DNA of 64,000 nt. It comes from an uncultured delta proteobacterium. GTDB lineage: Bacteria > Desulfobacterota > Binatia > UBA9968. Of the stretch, positions 42,565 to 52,783 are shown in pieces. The position numbers and the translations under genes are program-made. Every line of letters begins with the position of its first letter. The stretch's first letter is position 1. The notes beneath the pieces are model-generated. The model had not been told where the DNA came from. It searched no databases and saw only the letters and a list, made by a program, of their open reading frames with translations. Location of the stretch: assembly GCA_963771465.1 (NCBI GenBank), contig CAVYTU010000015.1, forward strand, positions 608,001-672,000. Direction: 5' to 3'.

Positions 42565-42870
42565 ATGGAACTACGAAACCATGATTGTATGTCGCATGGA
42601 TGGGTTCCTCTTTGGCCACCGCACTGGAAATGGACATTCGGAGAGGACAATACTTATCCGGTCGGCGAGATTGGAATACTCGAAAACGTCCAACGATCAA
42701 GCATCGACCCCAACCTTTGCTATTTGACCATGAACCACGCTGGCTCCAGCTATGTTGGTCATCTGCATTTTGATCGTGAGGGATGTTGCGGCCTGCTCTG
42801 TGAGCTGTTGCCACATCATTATGGTCGGTCCCTTCGAGAAATCGGGGAAATAGATATTCCTAGCCTTTAG
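42565..42870 (+). CDS. Hypothetical protein
   Basis: 101-aa ORF with ATG start and protein-like composition (WPPHW..GEIGIL). Confidence 0.6.
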   Translation: MELRNHDCMSHGWVPLWPPHWKWTFGEDNTYPVGEIGILENVQRSSIDPNLCYLTMNHAGSSYVGHLHFDREGCCGLLCELLPHHYGRSLREIGEIDIPSL

Positions 42871-42974
42871 CGTCCATCCCCACAGTATCCGCAGCATTCT
42901 CGCTATCGAATTTTTTAAAAAAGCTGGTTCACTATTGGACAGAAATCTCGTGGCGGTAGGTTTAGCGTCAAGAA

Positions 42975-43213
42975 ATGGAACAGGCTTACAAAGGGTTCTT
43001 GATCCGGTCCGGTGCCGCCGCCATTCGCGACAGCGTTGGTTTAAACCTATTGCCCAGATTAACTGGACCGAGAACGGCCAGGAGCGCGTTAAGCTCTGGA
43101 TGAAGTGGACCTTCGTGAGAAGTTTTGCCACATACAAAGACGCTGAAAGGGAAGCCAATATTTTCGCCAAAGACTGGGTTGACTGCAATATGCGGGAGAT
43201 GAAAAACCAATAA
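42975..43213 (+). CDS. Small hypothetical protein (YKG..KP..W..F.T..A....AK.W.D family), frameshift near 43035
   Basis: MEQAYKGFLIRSGA joins WFKPIAQINW..SFATYKDAEREANIFAKDWVD. Confidence 0.5.
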
Positions 43214-43510
43214 TATTATGTTTTCTTTATCGTGTTTTCGTACCGACAGTTGGGTTCTCCGGTTCAACTCTGCCGCGACATATATTTGCTCCTATGCGGT
43301 AGGTGTTAGCGATCTTCGCGATAGGGCTTTTGGGGTCGTCCTCGCGTCGTTCGCCCACGCAAAATAGCCTTTTGGGAGACCGCGATATATTTTTTTTGAA
43401 GTCGCGATGATGCGGGCGGATTTGCGCATCAGTTTTTGAGCATCTGTCTCTTTGACCACTTTAGCCAGCTTTTATCATTCTCAATTTGAATCGCCGCCTT
43501 TATTCGAAGG

Positions 43511-43771
43511 TTATCCGAAGCAGACGAGCGATGCTTCGCGGCCTTCCGGCGGAACTGGCGGTTGTGAGTCGATCCAAATCTTGCCAGCTCGTAACGCGCA
43601 GATTATCGCTTCTTCCTTGGTTACGAAACTGCCGGGTAAATCATCAAGGCGGTGAAATTTTTGCGTGGTGGTCTTCCAGAAAATGGAACCCACCGGTTTC
43701 CATTGATGAGTGATTCGATTTAATTCCCCAAAAGCAAACATTCGTCCCTTCTTATAAAGCCAGGTGGCCAT
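43511..43771 (-). CDS. Small hypothetical protein (paralog of 44812-45052)
   Basis: QWKP..SI.W..TTQKFH...D..G.F.T..EA...AL.AGK.WID.QPPVPP is shared with the paralog. Confidence 0.65.
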   Translation of the reverse strand: MATWLYKKGRMFAFGELNRITHQWKPVGSIFWKTTTQKFHRLDDLPGSFVTKEEAIICALRAGKIWIDSQPPVPPEGREASLVCFG

Positions 43772-43865
43772 AGGTTTACTAATACAAGTGGGCCAAGTCG
43801 CTAGCTGCCCAGTACGCCGATTTCGCCGAGCGTTATCTTTCGCCTAGGCGCTCATCGATTCAAAA

Positions 43866-44054
43866 TTAAACCGAAAGAAGTGGAACGTCATTAACTAAAA
43901 TATTAACGACAAATCTCTCTTCGCACGGAGGACATTTCCCCCAACGATGATCTTTGACGTATTGGCACTTATCTGCTTCCACCTCTTCGTAGGGTCGGCA
44001 GCATAAAAAACACATATGCTGGTGAGATATTTCTGTGTCTTCTTTAATTTCCAC
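43866..44054 (-). CDS. Small Cys/His-rich hypothetical protein (possible zinc finger)
   Basis: H.CFLC..C..H..CPPC, preceded by a purine-rich RBS. Confidence 0.45.
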   Translation of the reverse strand: MEIKEDTEISHQHMCFLCCRPYEEVEADKCQYVKDHRWGKCPPCEERFVVNILVNDVPLLSV

Positions 44055-44185
44055 CGTTTCTTTTCCTACCTTCTAATGTAAAAATTTATGCTACCTAACA
44101 GAGAGCGTAGCGTAACCGGATTTTCGCTTGCCGACACGAGCAATTTTCCGCTGAGTTTATCTAGGCGAGGTGGACAAGAGTTTTC

Positions 44186-44364
44186 TGTCTAAAATTAGAC
44201 ATTTTTAAAAAAATTATTAGGATTATTTCCGATCCGCAGACAACGCATGACATCACGGGGCATTTTGGAAACAATTTAGAATCTTGAACGGCTATATCGG
44301 TGCATCCGCGACGATGATCATCTCAGACTGAACCACTATTGGAGCGATTGTCTAAAATAAGACA
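44186..44364. promoter_or_regulatory. Two copies of the palindrome TGTCTAAAATWAGACA
   Basis: 44186-44201 and 44349-44364, 15/16 identical, TGT-N10-ACA form. Confidence 0.55.
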
Positions 44365-44434
44365 GCAATCGTTTGCTGGACGTGACACTCTCCACGAAGA
44401 AAGCCGCGTAAGGAAGTATGACCAAAGGTCTCAC

Positions 44435-44728
44435 ATGGATGCTGAAATTCGCCAAGCTATCGGTGATAAAAAATTAGTCGAGTTCAGTTTTCAGAATTTT
44501 ATCCGCATTGCGGAACCTCATGCTTATGGCAGCATGGGCGGAGTCGACCACATGCTTGTTTACCAAGTTCGCGGCGGAAGCAGGTCGAAGAACCTCCCAA
44601 AATGGGCCAGTGTGCCACTTTCACAAATGACCGACTTCCGAGTTCTTGATGAAATGTTTGCTGGAAAGCGAGTGATTTCTCGGACTGAATACCGCTTTTG
44701 GGAAGCGACGTATGCCATTGTCCAATAA
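44435..44728 (+). CDS. Stand-alone WYL-like domain protein
   Basis: IRQAI..KKLVEFSF...RIAEPHAYG......LVYQ..G.S....W.....M..F pattern. Confidence 0.6.
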   Translation: MDAEIRQAIGDKKLVEFSFQNFIRIAEPHAYGSMGGVDHMLVYQVRGGSRSKNLPKWASVPLSQMTDFRVLDEMFAGKRVISRTEYRFWEATYAIVQ

Positions 44729-44811
44729 CTATCGGCAAGCGACAGCCGACCTTTTCGGCAAAGATTGACGATAATGTCCGTACAATGGGGTCGAAGCAAC
44801 AAGGATTTCAG

Positions 44812-45052
44812 ATGATTCGCTCGCATTATTAAGAATCGGGCGATCTTCGAGTCTGCGGAGTTAAATGAAAACAATGGTCAATGGAAACCGATGGCTTCTA
44901 TTGTCTGGTTTATCACCACACAAAAATTTCACTCAATCAACGATATGGTCGGAGGCTTCGGAACGGAAAGAGAGGCGGTAGACTTCGCTTTAAAAGCGGG
45001 TAAAGCTTGGATCGATTTGCAACCGCCAGTTCCGCCCTGTCGTGACCCATGA
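44812..45052 (+). CDS. Small hypothetical protein (paralog of 43511-43771), frameshift near 44830; not in the ORF track
   Basis: Reads KNRAIFESAELNENNGQWKPMASIVWFITTQKFHSINDMVGGFGTEREAVDFALKAGKAWIDLQPPVPPCRDP*. Confidence 0.6.
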
Positions 45053-45936
45053 TGATACGTAGAAGCTGTCGGCTAACAAAGATACCAGCGCATCTATTGT
45101 TGCGGTGATAGCGTGGCTACCAATGGCGAGAATCTGATTGCTCAAATCTGGTGACGGTGATGGAAGCTCGCTGCCGAGAAACCGCTAGAATTTTGTTACG
45201 AGACTTTAGGTCTCCGATTGCGACACCGACTTGACCACCAATCTCTGGTAATCGGCACCAAAGATCCCGCACATCGCGCCGTCCCTTGACTTGCGTTTTA
45301 ATGTGGTCGACGACGTCACCGAGGATGATCTCACCCTGATGAACGCGGATGGCAAATCGGATACTACTTGTTGGACAACAGCGCGACAGAAGTCCGAAAA
45401 CTTTTAGGAATTTACTAACAGCTCACGGTCTCAGACCGAGCGTTGATCATCAATCTGTCCGAAATAACATGATAGTAAGAAGGGGAATCCCGCCAACTCC
45501 AACGCGTCAAGCTAGATGCGCGTGTAGCGGCCACTTCCACGCGGGGGAGGCTTCAATTATCTCGAAACGCTCTGCATGACAATCGCTCTGATGTCGGAGG
45601 ACAAGTTCCAGCACTCGCAATCAACGAGGACCTAATCCCAAAAGATCGAGAAAGCGATCGGCGACGTATGACGCCGACGCAAACCAACGGCTGTCGAAAA
45701 CCCGGATCATCCTCTCGTTACCCGGAAATAGACGAATATCGCCGCAATAACCGCAATCAATAGCAAAATCTCCCCATAATCCATATCGACATCTATAAGT
45801 TAATCGGCGCAGAGGGGTTATCTGGTGGTCTCTTTGTTCTCCAGAATAGGTACATCAAAGACTGCGATATCGGCCGACTCCTGAAATCAGGCGTTCAAGG
45901 TGAGTAACGGTTCAAGTTTTTCAAACGGCCGTGGCA

Positions 45937-46392
45937 TCAAGGACGTGTGCGATTTCCGCCACGGTGTCCATCTCCGCCCCTAGACCGATGCGTGCTTTTC
46001 GGTACGCGCCCGATACGGTCGTCGGTCTTGTTGAGCGCTTCGAGCAGATTCAACACCGCCTGCGAATTTCCCCTGCCGCAGTCAGCCTGTAACAACAACA
46101 GAAACATTCCCGCTTTAACGGTAGCGTAAACCACCTCGCTTTCGAACGGCGCCGCACCATTGAAGACATTCACGAGTTTATCGATGATCAACAGCTTTGC
46201 CTTATCAATCGATGCATCGAGAGTTTCACCGGAGCGTTGATACGCCTGACGGGCCTGCTTCCATGTACCCTTAACCCCCCAGCTTTTAAGAGTGCCTATC
46301 GGTATCCGCATTGCGCGCGCAATCTCAGGGTAAGTCAGGCCCTCGTCTACAAATAGGCGTCGGGTCTCGTCGCGCTTTTCCATTTTGTGCAT
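45937..46392 (-). CDS. HTH protein resembling a phage terminase small subunit N-terminus (DUF1804-like)
   Basis: RRLFVDEGLTYPEIA..IPIGTLKSW..KGTW..R pattern. Confidence 0.55.
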   Translation of the reverse strand: MHKMEKRDETRRLFVDEGLTYPEIARAMRIPIGTLKSWGVKGTWKQARQAYQRSGETLDASIDKAKLLIIDKLVNVFNGAAPFESEVVYATVKAGMFLLLLQADCGRGNSQAVLNLLEALNKTDDRIGRVPKSTHRSRGGDGHRGGNRTRP

Positions 46393-46572
46393 CGCTTTGC
46401 TCCCCTACTAACGGCGCAATCTGCCCCCGCACGGTCTCAACATCTTCCGCGCTTACAGCTGGTCAATATACTCGCCTCTTTTCTGTGAGCATGAATAATG
46501 TGATGCGGGGGATCATCGATGTTTAGGACCTCATCAGTCGCGAGGGGACTGAGCTTGTCGGAACCCAGATGC

Positions 46573-46598
46573 AAGGGGAAGCACTGCTTCCCCTTTTT
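46573..46598. terminator. Hairpin terminator downstream of hsp20
   Basis: AAGGGGAAGCA-C-TGCTTCCCCTT followed by TTT. Confidence 0.6.
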
Positions 46599-46622
46599 GA
46601 CGCCAATTCCAGTGCAGACGGA

Positions 46623-47078
46623 TTAGTTCACGCTGATGGAGATTTGGCGAGGCTTCGCTTCCTCGACTTTGGGCACGTGGATCTCCAGAATCCCGTCACG
46701 ATAGGTGGCCTTGATACCGTCCTGCTTAACGGTCTGCGGCAGATAGAAAGATCGCGAAAACCTGCCATGCACCCGCTCGGTTCGGTGATACTCGACACCG
46801 TTGGTCAAGCCTTCGGGTTTGCGCTCGCCGCTCAGCGTCAAAGTGCCGTCGTTGACTTCCAAGTGGAAATCTTCCTTTTTCATTCCCGGTAACTCAGCGC
46901 GAATCAGATACGCGTCTTTGCTTTCGAGAATGTCCACCGGCGGTAGCCATGCACCCGCGGTCGCTGACGGCAGCGTGCGTGCCCGCCCGACGCTCTCATC
47001 GAATAGATCGTTGATCCGGCTGTGCAGCCGGCTCAAACCCTCAAATGGTTCCCATTCCATAATTTCCCCTCCTTTCAA
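46623..47078 (-). CDS. Small heat-shock protein (Hsp20/alpha-crystallin)
   Basis: PPVDILE..AELPGM..LTLSGER..ERVHGRFSRSF.LP..ATYRDGILEI. Confidence 0.95.
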   Translation of the reverse strand: MKGGEIMEWEPFEGLSRLHSRINDLFDESVGRARTLPSATAGAWLPPVDILESKDAYLIRAELPGMKKEDFHLEVNDGTLTLSGERKPEGLTNGVEYHRTERVHGRFSRSFYLPQTVKQDGIKATYRDGILEIHVPKVEEAKPRQISISVN

Positions 47079-47100
47079 GGGTGTTTATTAAGATGAGGAA

Positions 47101-47129
47101 AAACTAAGTACGCATTTCCCGACTGTCAA
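47101..47129 (-). promoter_or_regulatory. Sigma70-type promoter of hsp20
   Basis: Minus strand TTGACA-N17-TAGTTT. Confidence 0.5.
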
Positions 47130-47232
47130 TTGGCTTGACAATCAGCTTGCGCGTTCCTAACTGTAATTAGTTTTATCAATCTAAGAATTCGAGGAATCGA
47201 TGGCTGAACCAAGTCACTCACCGCATTGAGAT

Positions 47233-47395
47233 CTACAGGTTCTTTCGTCCGAGCAGCCATCGACCGAGCAGAATGGGAGATACGTCAAGATCGCCGCGCA
47301 CGATAGCTAACATCCCGCGGTCCAAGTCGTCAAACGTAACGTATAGTGAGCTCTCGTCCGGCGTGGGATTGGAGAGAAATAATTTTTAGGGTCAT
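47233..47395 (-). pseudogene. Degenerate copy of the 'FDDLDRG' protein N-terminus
   Basis: MTLKIISLQSH../DESSLYVTFDDLDRG versus MNLKIVGLQTHEDESPLAFTVMFDDLDRG. Confidence 0.6.
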
Positions 47396-47494
47396 GAAAC
47401 AGCTTACATTTATTGCAACTGAGCTTCCGATCTTGCTACTGGGCGCGGGCCTTAGCGTTTGCTAGGTGTGCGCCGCTTGCGAAGGTAGTTTGTT

Positions 47495-47710
47495 GTGATT
47501 GCAATCCTTGCGGTGCTATTAGGGTTTGTTTTAGGTGGCGCATCAACGCTAGCCGTGCTCTTGTTCGCCGCGGTCATAATCGAAGACGACGAGAAGCAAA
47601 AAAGAGCGAAGCGTAGCGCTGTAGCAGTAACAGTCCCACAGGGAATTAACGAATCGTCGAAAACCGGCATCATTGCATCCTCTTCTTCCGACGATGTGAC
47701 GTATCACTGA
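47495..47710 (+). CDS. Small single-TM hypothetical protein
   Basis: Hydrophobic N-terminus followed by a charged tail. Confidence 0.4.
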   Translation: MIAILAVLLGFVLGGASTLAVLLFAAVIIEDDEKQKRAKRSAVAVTVPQGINESSKTGIIASSSSDDVTYH

Positions 47711-48027
47711 AGCTTCATTTTCGCCTCCAGCGCCTCACGCTCTAGCAGTTTTAATTTTTCCATGCGCGAAAAAGGAAGACGAATCGACAGCTTAGCCTGA
47801 TTATATTCGCAGTACCGTTCAGCTGGCAAAGTTGCTATTTAATGAACGAGAATGCATCTCCACTACAGGGCTTTAATACCGCCATGTTTACCGAAACTCA
47901 TCTCGAAAGTAAGGGTATGCTCCTTGCTCAAGCTCACGGTGCACGGACAGGAAACATCTTGGAATAGGCGAGCGTCTTTTTCCGTGAAGGGAATGCCGCC
48001 TTGTTTTTTCCTTGTTGCCGTCATGCG

Positions 48028-48217
48028 TCAGTGTGTTGATGGATTGAGCAAGGCTTGATATGTAGCTCGCTCTGAGGCGATCTTCTGCAAGAACTCCTCC
48101 TGCATGATGACGCCTTTTTTGATGAGCAGCTTCGCTAGCGCGTCCGTTTGCGCAAGGCTAAGGCTGGAAACTAAAAAGCTCCTCTAATGCGACCGGTTTC
48201 TTCTTTGAGCTAGCCAT
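48028..48217 (-). CDS. Small hypothetical protein (frameshift in a T-run); not in the ORF track
   Basis: GGAGGG RBS. Reads MASSKKKPVALEEL/LVSSLSLAQTDALAKLLIKKGVIMQEEFLQKIASERATYQ. Confidence 0.5.
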
Positions 48218-48225
48218 AGTCCCTC

Positions 48226-48832
48226 CTACGGATTGATCGCTCACAAGCCGCGCCGTGCCTCCCGCGCCTCACCCTCCCGCAAATTCTTCCAGGCGCGAAA
48301 ACGGAAATTGCGTGTAGGCGTGACCATACGCCTGTTTTATGATCTCGACATTTAGTAGCGTTCCATCTTCAAGAAATATGAATGCGAGCGTGCGCCCGTA
48401 CCGGTCCTTATGGCCACGGGCTGCGTTGGATGGATCGTACTCTAAACGAACTCGCTTGCCTTCTACCATTTTGCGAGTAAACGCGCTTGCTTCCTTGCCG
48501 AATTGCTCCACTGGCTTGTTCGGGTGTTTCGTTTCCGGCGTACCAACACCGATCAGTCGAACACGTTCGCCGGTGCCGAAAAGCGTGTCACCGTCAACGA
48601 CGCGCTGAACGTATTCAATATCCGGCGATGTTACAGCTGAGTCGGGTGGATTGAAGAAAGCAGCGAGTAGCGCGACAAAGGCAAGGCTAAAATAACGACC
48701 ACTTCCAAGAGCGACGGCGGGCCCGCATACGAAAGCGCAAAACTCATCGGGGTAGTAAGTATAACTCCATCTATAAGCGGTGGAGAAAAACCGTAGCCAG
48801 CCATCAGGATGGTGGTCATGGTTCCGGTCCAC
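48226..48832 (-). CDS. Thermonuclease (staphylococcal nuclease) family protein, C-terminus degraded; start uncertain
   Basis: VQRVVDGDT, VRLIGV.TPE, FGKEASAF, DRYGRTLA. The EAREARRGL tail is out of frame. Confidence 0.8.
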
Positions 48833-49243
48833 GCGAACATCGCGGTCTCCTGATTACGCACGTGTCGGAGCGATCGAGCGGGTTGCATTCCGCAGTCCTA
48901 CTGAAAGTTTGTTAATGTATCAACTAATACGCCGAATTTCAGAGGAATGCCTGGTGTTGCACAATCCTACCAAATTTGACATTAGTAGCGCCCAACTATG
49001 GAGGTTTCCTATGAAGAACGAATGCGGTTGGTGCGCGAGCCTGGCAAAGGCATGTAAAGGCTTTACCGGATAGTTTCCCGCCGTGCTGGGGATGCTGTTT
49101 TTACCCTGCCATCGTTCGGCATGGCGGCGCTAATTGTCTCTGTGGGCTGAGCTGCTGACCCCGTTGATTATCAAGGGCGATCATGGCAACCAGAATTCCG
49201 AAAGCCAACATTCTAGTTTTTCCTCATGCTGACAATTGGCGGG

Positions 49244-49507
49244 TCATTGCGGAAGGTCGTTTACGAAATCCCAGCGGAGCTTGATTTCGCGAAACTCGAA
49301 GGAGGCTTGCACGCAGTTGCACATGAACAACTCTGGGTTTTCTCGGTTCGCTTTAGTCTCGGACAAATTTCTTGATGACCCGAACTACGGCCTCAGTCTC
49401 GTATTTCTCATAGTGAACCGTCCCGCGGGCGATAGGCTCGACATCAATTGCTTCACAATCGGGATGCGCGGCGGAGTCGATAAGAGCGGCTTCTGATACT
49501 GTTGCGA
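49244..49507 (-). pseudogene. Diverged duplicate of 41050-41308: truncated SRAP 5' end plus 3' half of the FDDLDRG gene
   Basis: 49324-49244 encodes MCNCVQASFEFREIKLRWDFVNDLPQ* versus MCNRVRASFEFREIKLRWDLINDLPQ. ATVSEAA..DSAAHPDCE.IDVEP is shared. Confidence 0.85.
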
Positions 49508-50475
49508 TGCTCACAAAAGAACTTTCAAAATTGCCAGCGCTGCGTCCCGCGTTCATCGAACCAATGTACGCCCAAGCGGTTAGCGAGCTGCCGGAGGGCA
49601 ACCTTTGGAGCTATGAAGCAAAGCTCGATGGTTACCGCTGTCTCGCCGCTAAGCACTCTGGCGGTGTTGTGCTCTGGTCGCGTCGGGGCAACCGATTCAC
49701 AACCCGGTTTCCTGCTATCGCCAGAGCGTGCGCGAAGCTCCCGGCAGACACGCTAATCGACGGCGAAGTGGTGGCGGTCGACGACAACGGGCGGGCTTCT
49801 TTCAATGCATTGCAGCACAGCCGTTCCTCTCTCGTTCAGTGCTACTACGCCTTCGACATATTGACTTATCGCGGCCGCAACACCCTTCGGTTACCGCTGA
49901 AAACTAGACGGGAGCTTTTAGCCGAGGCACTGGCTAAAGTCGAATATCCTGTGCTTCGCTGTCCTGCCTTTACTGCCAAGCCCGCGGACTTCGTCCGTGC
50001 AGCAAAGGAATTACAGCTCGAGGGTATCATCGCTAAACGCAAAGACTCACTTTACGAATCTGGCCGACGCAACGGCGCTTGGTTGAAATACCAGATTAAC
50101 CGCTCGCAGAAGTTCGTTATCGGCGGCTATACGCCCGGTAACCCATTCGATGCGCTTATCGTCGGATGCTACGACGGCGCCGACCTGAACTTTGTGGCTA
50201 AAATCCGCAATGGATTTGTGCCGCACATTCGCCGCGAAGTTTTCAAGAGTTTGCGCTCCCTGCAATCTGACCGTTGTCCATTCGCCAATCTGCCGGAGAA
50301 GCGGCGCACGATGTGGGCGCTATCTGCCAGTGAAATGAAAGAATGCCGTTGGCTGAAGCCTGAGCTTGTGGCCCACATTGAGTTTACGGAATGGACACCG
50401 GACGGGCACTTGAGGCACGCTAGTTTTGCCGGTTTGCGTGACGATAAAGAGGCGCGACAGATTGTGCGGGAATAG
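49507..50475 (+). CDS. ATP-dependent DNA ligase (LigD ligase domain / LigC-like)
   Basis: YEAKLDGYR (motif I), IDGEVV, YAFDIL, EGIIAKR, WLKY, EFTEWT.DG.LRH..F.GLRDDK. No polymerase or phosphoesterase domain. Confidence 0.92.
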   Translation: MLTKELSKLPALRPAFIEPMYAQAVSELPEGNLWSYEAKLDGYRCLAAKHSGGVVLWSRRGNRFTTRFPAIARACAKLPADTLIDGEVVAVDDNGRASFNALQHSRSSLVQCYYAFDILTYRGRNTLRLPLKTRRELLAEALAKVEYPVLRCPAFTAKPADFVRAAKELQLEGIIAKRKDSLYESGRRNGAWLKYQINRSQKFVIGGYTPGNPFDALIVGCYDGADLNFVAKIRNGFVPHIRREVFKSLRSLQSDRCPFANLPEKRRTMWALSASEMKECRWLKPELVAHIEFTEWTPDGHLRHASFAGLRDDKEARQIVRE

Positions 50476-50756
50476 CCTAGCCCACGGCGTTATCGTTATC
50501 GGCAAAAGCAAGCGGCTCACAGTAGAACAGCGATAATGGCTATGATGAGCCAGCGAATTGCTTGGGGGAATCGTATTGCAGACCTACAGAGTCTTCCGAT
50601 CGAACAACCACCCCCCCGGCGTAAGTCGCACCGAAAGCCAGGACGAAGTTCTAACGGTTCCTAACGGTGCGGTTGGGCTCTATTAGTCCCTCTGTCGGAA
50701 AATAGTCTGTCCGGTTTCCAAGTTGTATCCCCAAAGTAACAATCTCCGACGGGACG

Positions 50757-51419
<663 letters not shown>

Positions 51420-51420
51420 C

Positions 51421-52284
51421 TTATTCGATGGTGGATTTCAAATATGCGTGTACTTTATCTTTTAGATCGGCTCTTTTCAACGCATAGGCCACGGTGGCGC
51501 GGACGAATCCGAACTTGTCGCCGATATCGTAGCGCTCGCCCATAAACGCGCAACCGAACATTTTTCTCTGGTGCGCTAGTTGCGCCAACCCGTCGGTCAA
51601 CTGAATCTCGCCGCCCCGTCCCGGCGGCTGGTTGCGTAAAATCTCGAAAATTTCGGGACGAAGAACGTAGCGGCCGATGATCGCCATGCGCGACGGCGCT
51701 TCGCTCGACACCGGCTTTTCCACAGTCCCTTCAATCCGGTAAATCCGCGGTTCGATTTCCTTACCTTTGATCACACCGTACTGATGCACCTCCTCGAGGG
51801 GAACTTCCATCAATGCGATGACCGACTCCTCGTCGCGGTTGAATATGTCGACTAACTGTTTGATGCACGGTACCTCGCTATCGACCAAATCATCCGCCAA
51901 CATGACGGCAAAGGGTTCATTACCAACGAGGTCGCGCGCACACAACACCGCATGACCCAAGCCGAGCGGCACTTTTTGCCGCACCGAAACGACCTCGATC
52001 ATCTCGGCGATGCGGCGCAGCATTCTGACCATCTCGTGATTGCCGCGGTTGCTCAGGATCTGCTCGAGTTCCGGCGCTTCGTCGAAATGATCTTCGATGC
52101 TGTCCTTGCCCCGGCCTGTAACGAAAATGATTTCTTCGATGCCGGCGTCCACCGCCTCCTGCACCACGTACTGGATCGACGGAATGTCGACGATCGGCAA
52201 GAGTTCCTTCGGAACGGTTTTGGTCGCCGGGAGAAATCGAGTGCCCAGCCCGGCGACCGGAATCACGGCTTTTTTTACTTTCAT
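51421..52284 (-). CDS. galU: UTP-glucose-1-phosphate uridylyltransferase
   Basis: KAVIPVAGLGTRFLPATK..PKE.LP, VEKP, GGEIQLTD. Confidence 0.96.
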   Translation of the reverse strand: MKVKKAVIPVAGLGTRFLPATKTVPKELLPIVDIPSIQYVVQEAVDAGIEEIIFVTGRGKDSIEDHFDEAPELEQILSNRGNHEMVRMLRRIAEMIEVVSVRQKVPLGLGHAVLCARDLVGNEPFAVMLADDLVDSEVPCIKQLVDIFNRDEESVIALMEVPLEEVHQYGVIKGKEIEPRIYRIEGTVEKPVSSEAPSRMAIIGRYVLRPEIFEILRNQPPGRGGEIQLTDGLAQLAHQRKMFGCAFMGERYDIGDKFGFVRATVAYALKRADLKDKVHAYLKSTIE

Positions 52285-52302
52285 ACGAATCGATCGATCT
52301 GT

Positions 52303-52668
52303 TTAAACGACACGTTTGGCTTTGCGCTCGGCCTGCTCTTGGTTGGATTTACATTCTATGCACAACGTCGTCACCGGCCGGGCTTTGAGACGTTCGATGC
52401 CGATCTCTTCGCCACATTCTTCGCATAGTCCATACTCGCCAAGATCGAGGCGTTGCAAGGCTTCCTGAATCTTGAAAATCAATTTGCGCTCGCGGTCGCG
52501 TATACGCAGAATCGAATTGCGGTTGGACTCCATCGTCGCACGATCGGATGGGTCGGGAAAATTCGCGTCATCATCCATGGTTTCGACGGTCTTACCCGCT
52601 TCCGAGCGCAACTCGTCGATGCGTTGGTTGAGGAGAGTGCGAAATAGTGCAATGTCTTTTTTCTTCAC
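52303..52668 (-). CDS. dksA: RNA polymerase-binding protein DksA
   Basis: DPSDRA (DxxDxA), CEECGEEI..RL.ARP..TLCIECK. Confidence 0.93.
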   Translation of the reverse strand: MKKKDIALFRTLLNQRIDELRSEAGKTVETMDDDANFPDPSDRATMESNRNSILRIRDRERKLIFKIQEALQRLDLGEYGLCEECGEEIGIERLKARPVTTLCIECKSNQEQAERKAKRVV

Positions 52669-52698
52669 GATTGACCTGCCGTACGGGCTAGCGAATAT

Positions 52699-52732
52699 GG
52701 CGCCATTATAGGGTAAAGCGTCAAAACATCAA
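52699..52732 (-). promoter_or_regulatory. Sigma70 promoter of dksA-galU-tRNA with GC-rich discriminator
   Basis: Minus strand TTGATG-N16-TATAAT-GGCGCC. Confidence 0.55.
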
Positions 52733-52783
52733 TCGGCTTGAAGCGCGACTACGGCGAGGATGTATCGGCGCAACCGCGGCGGG

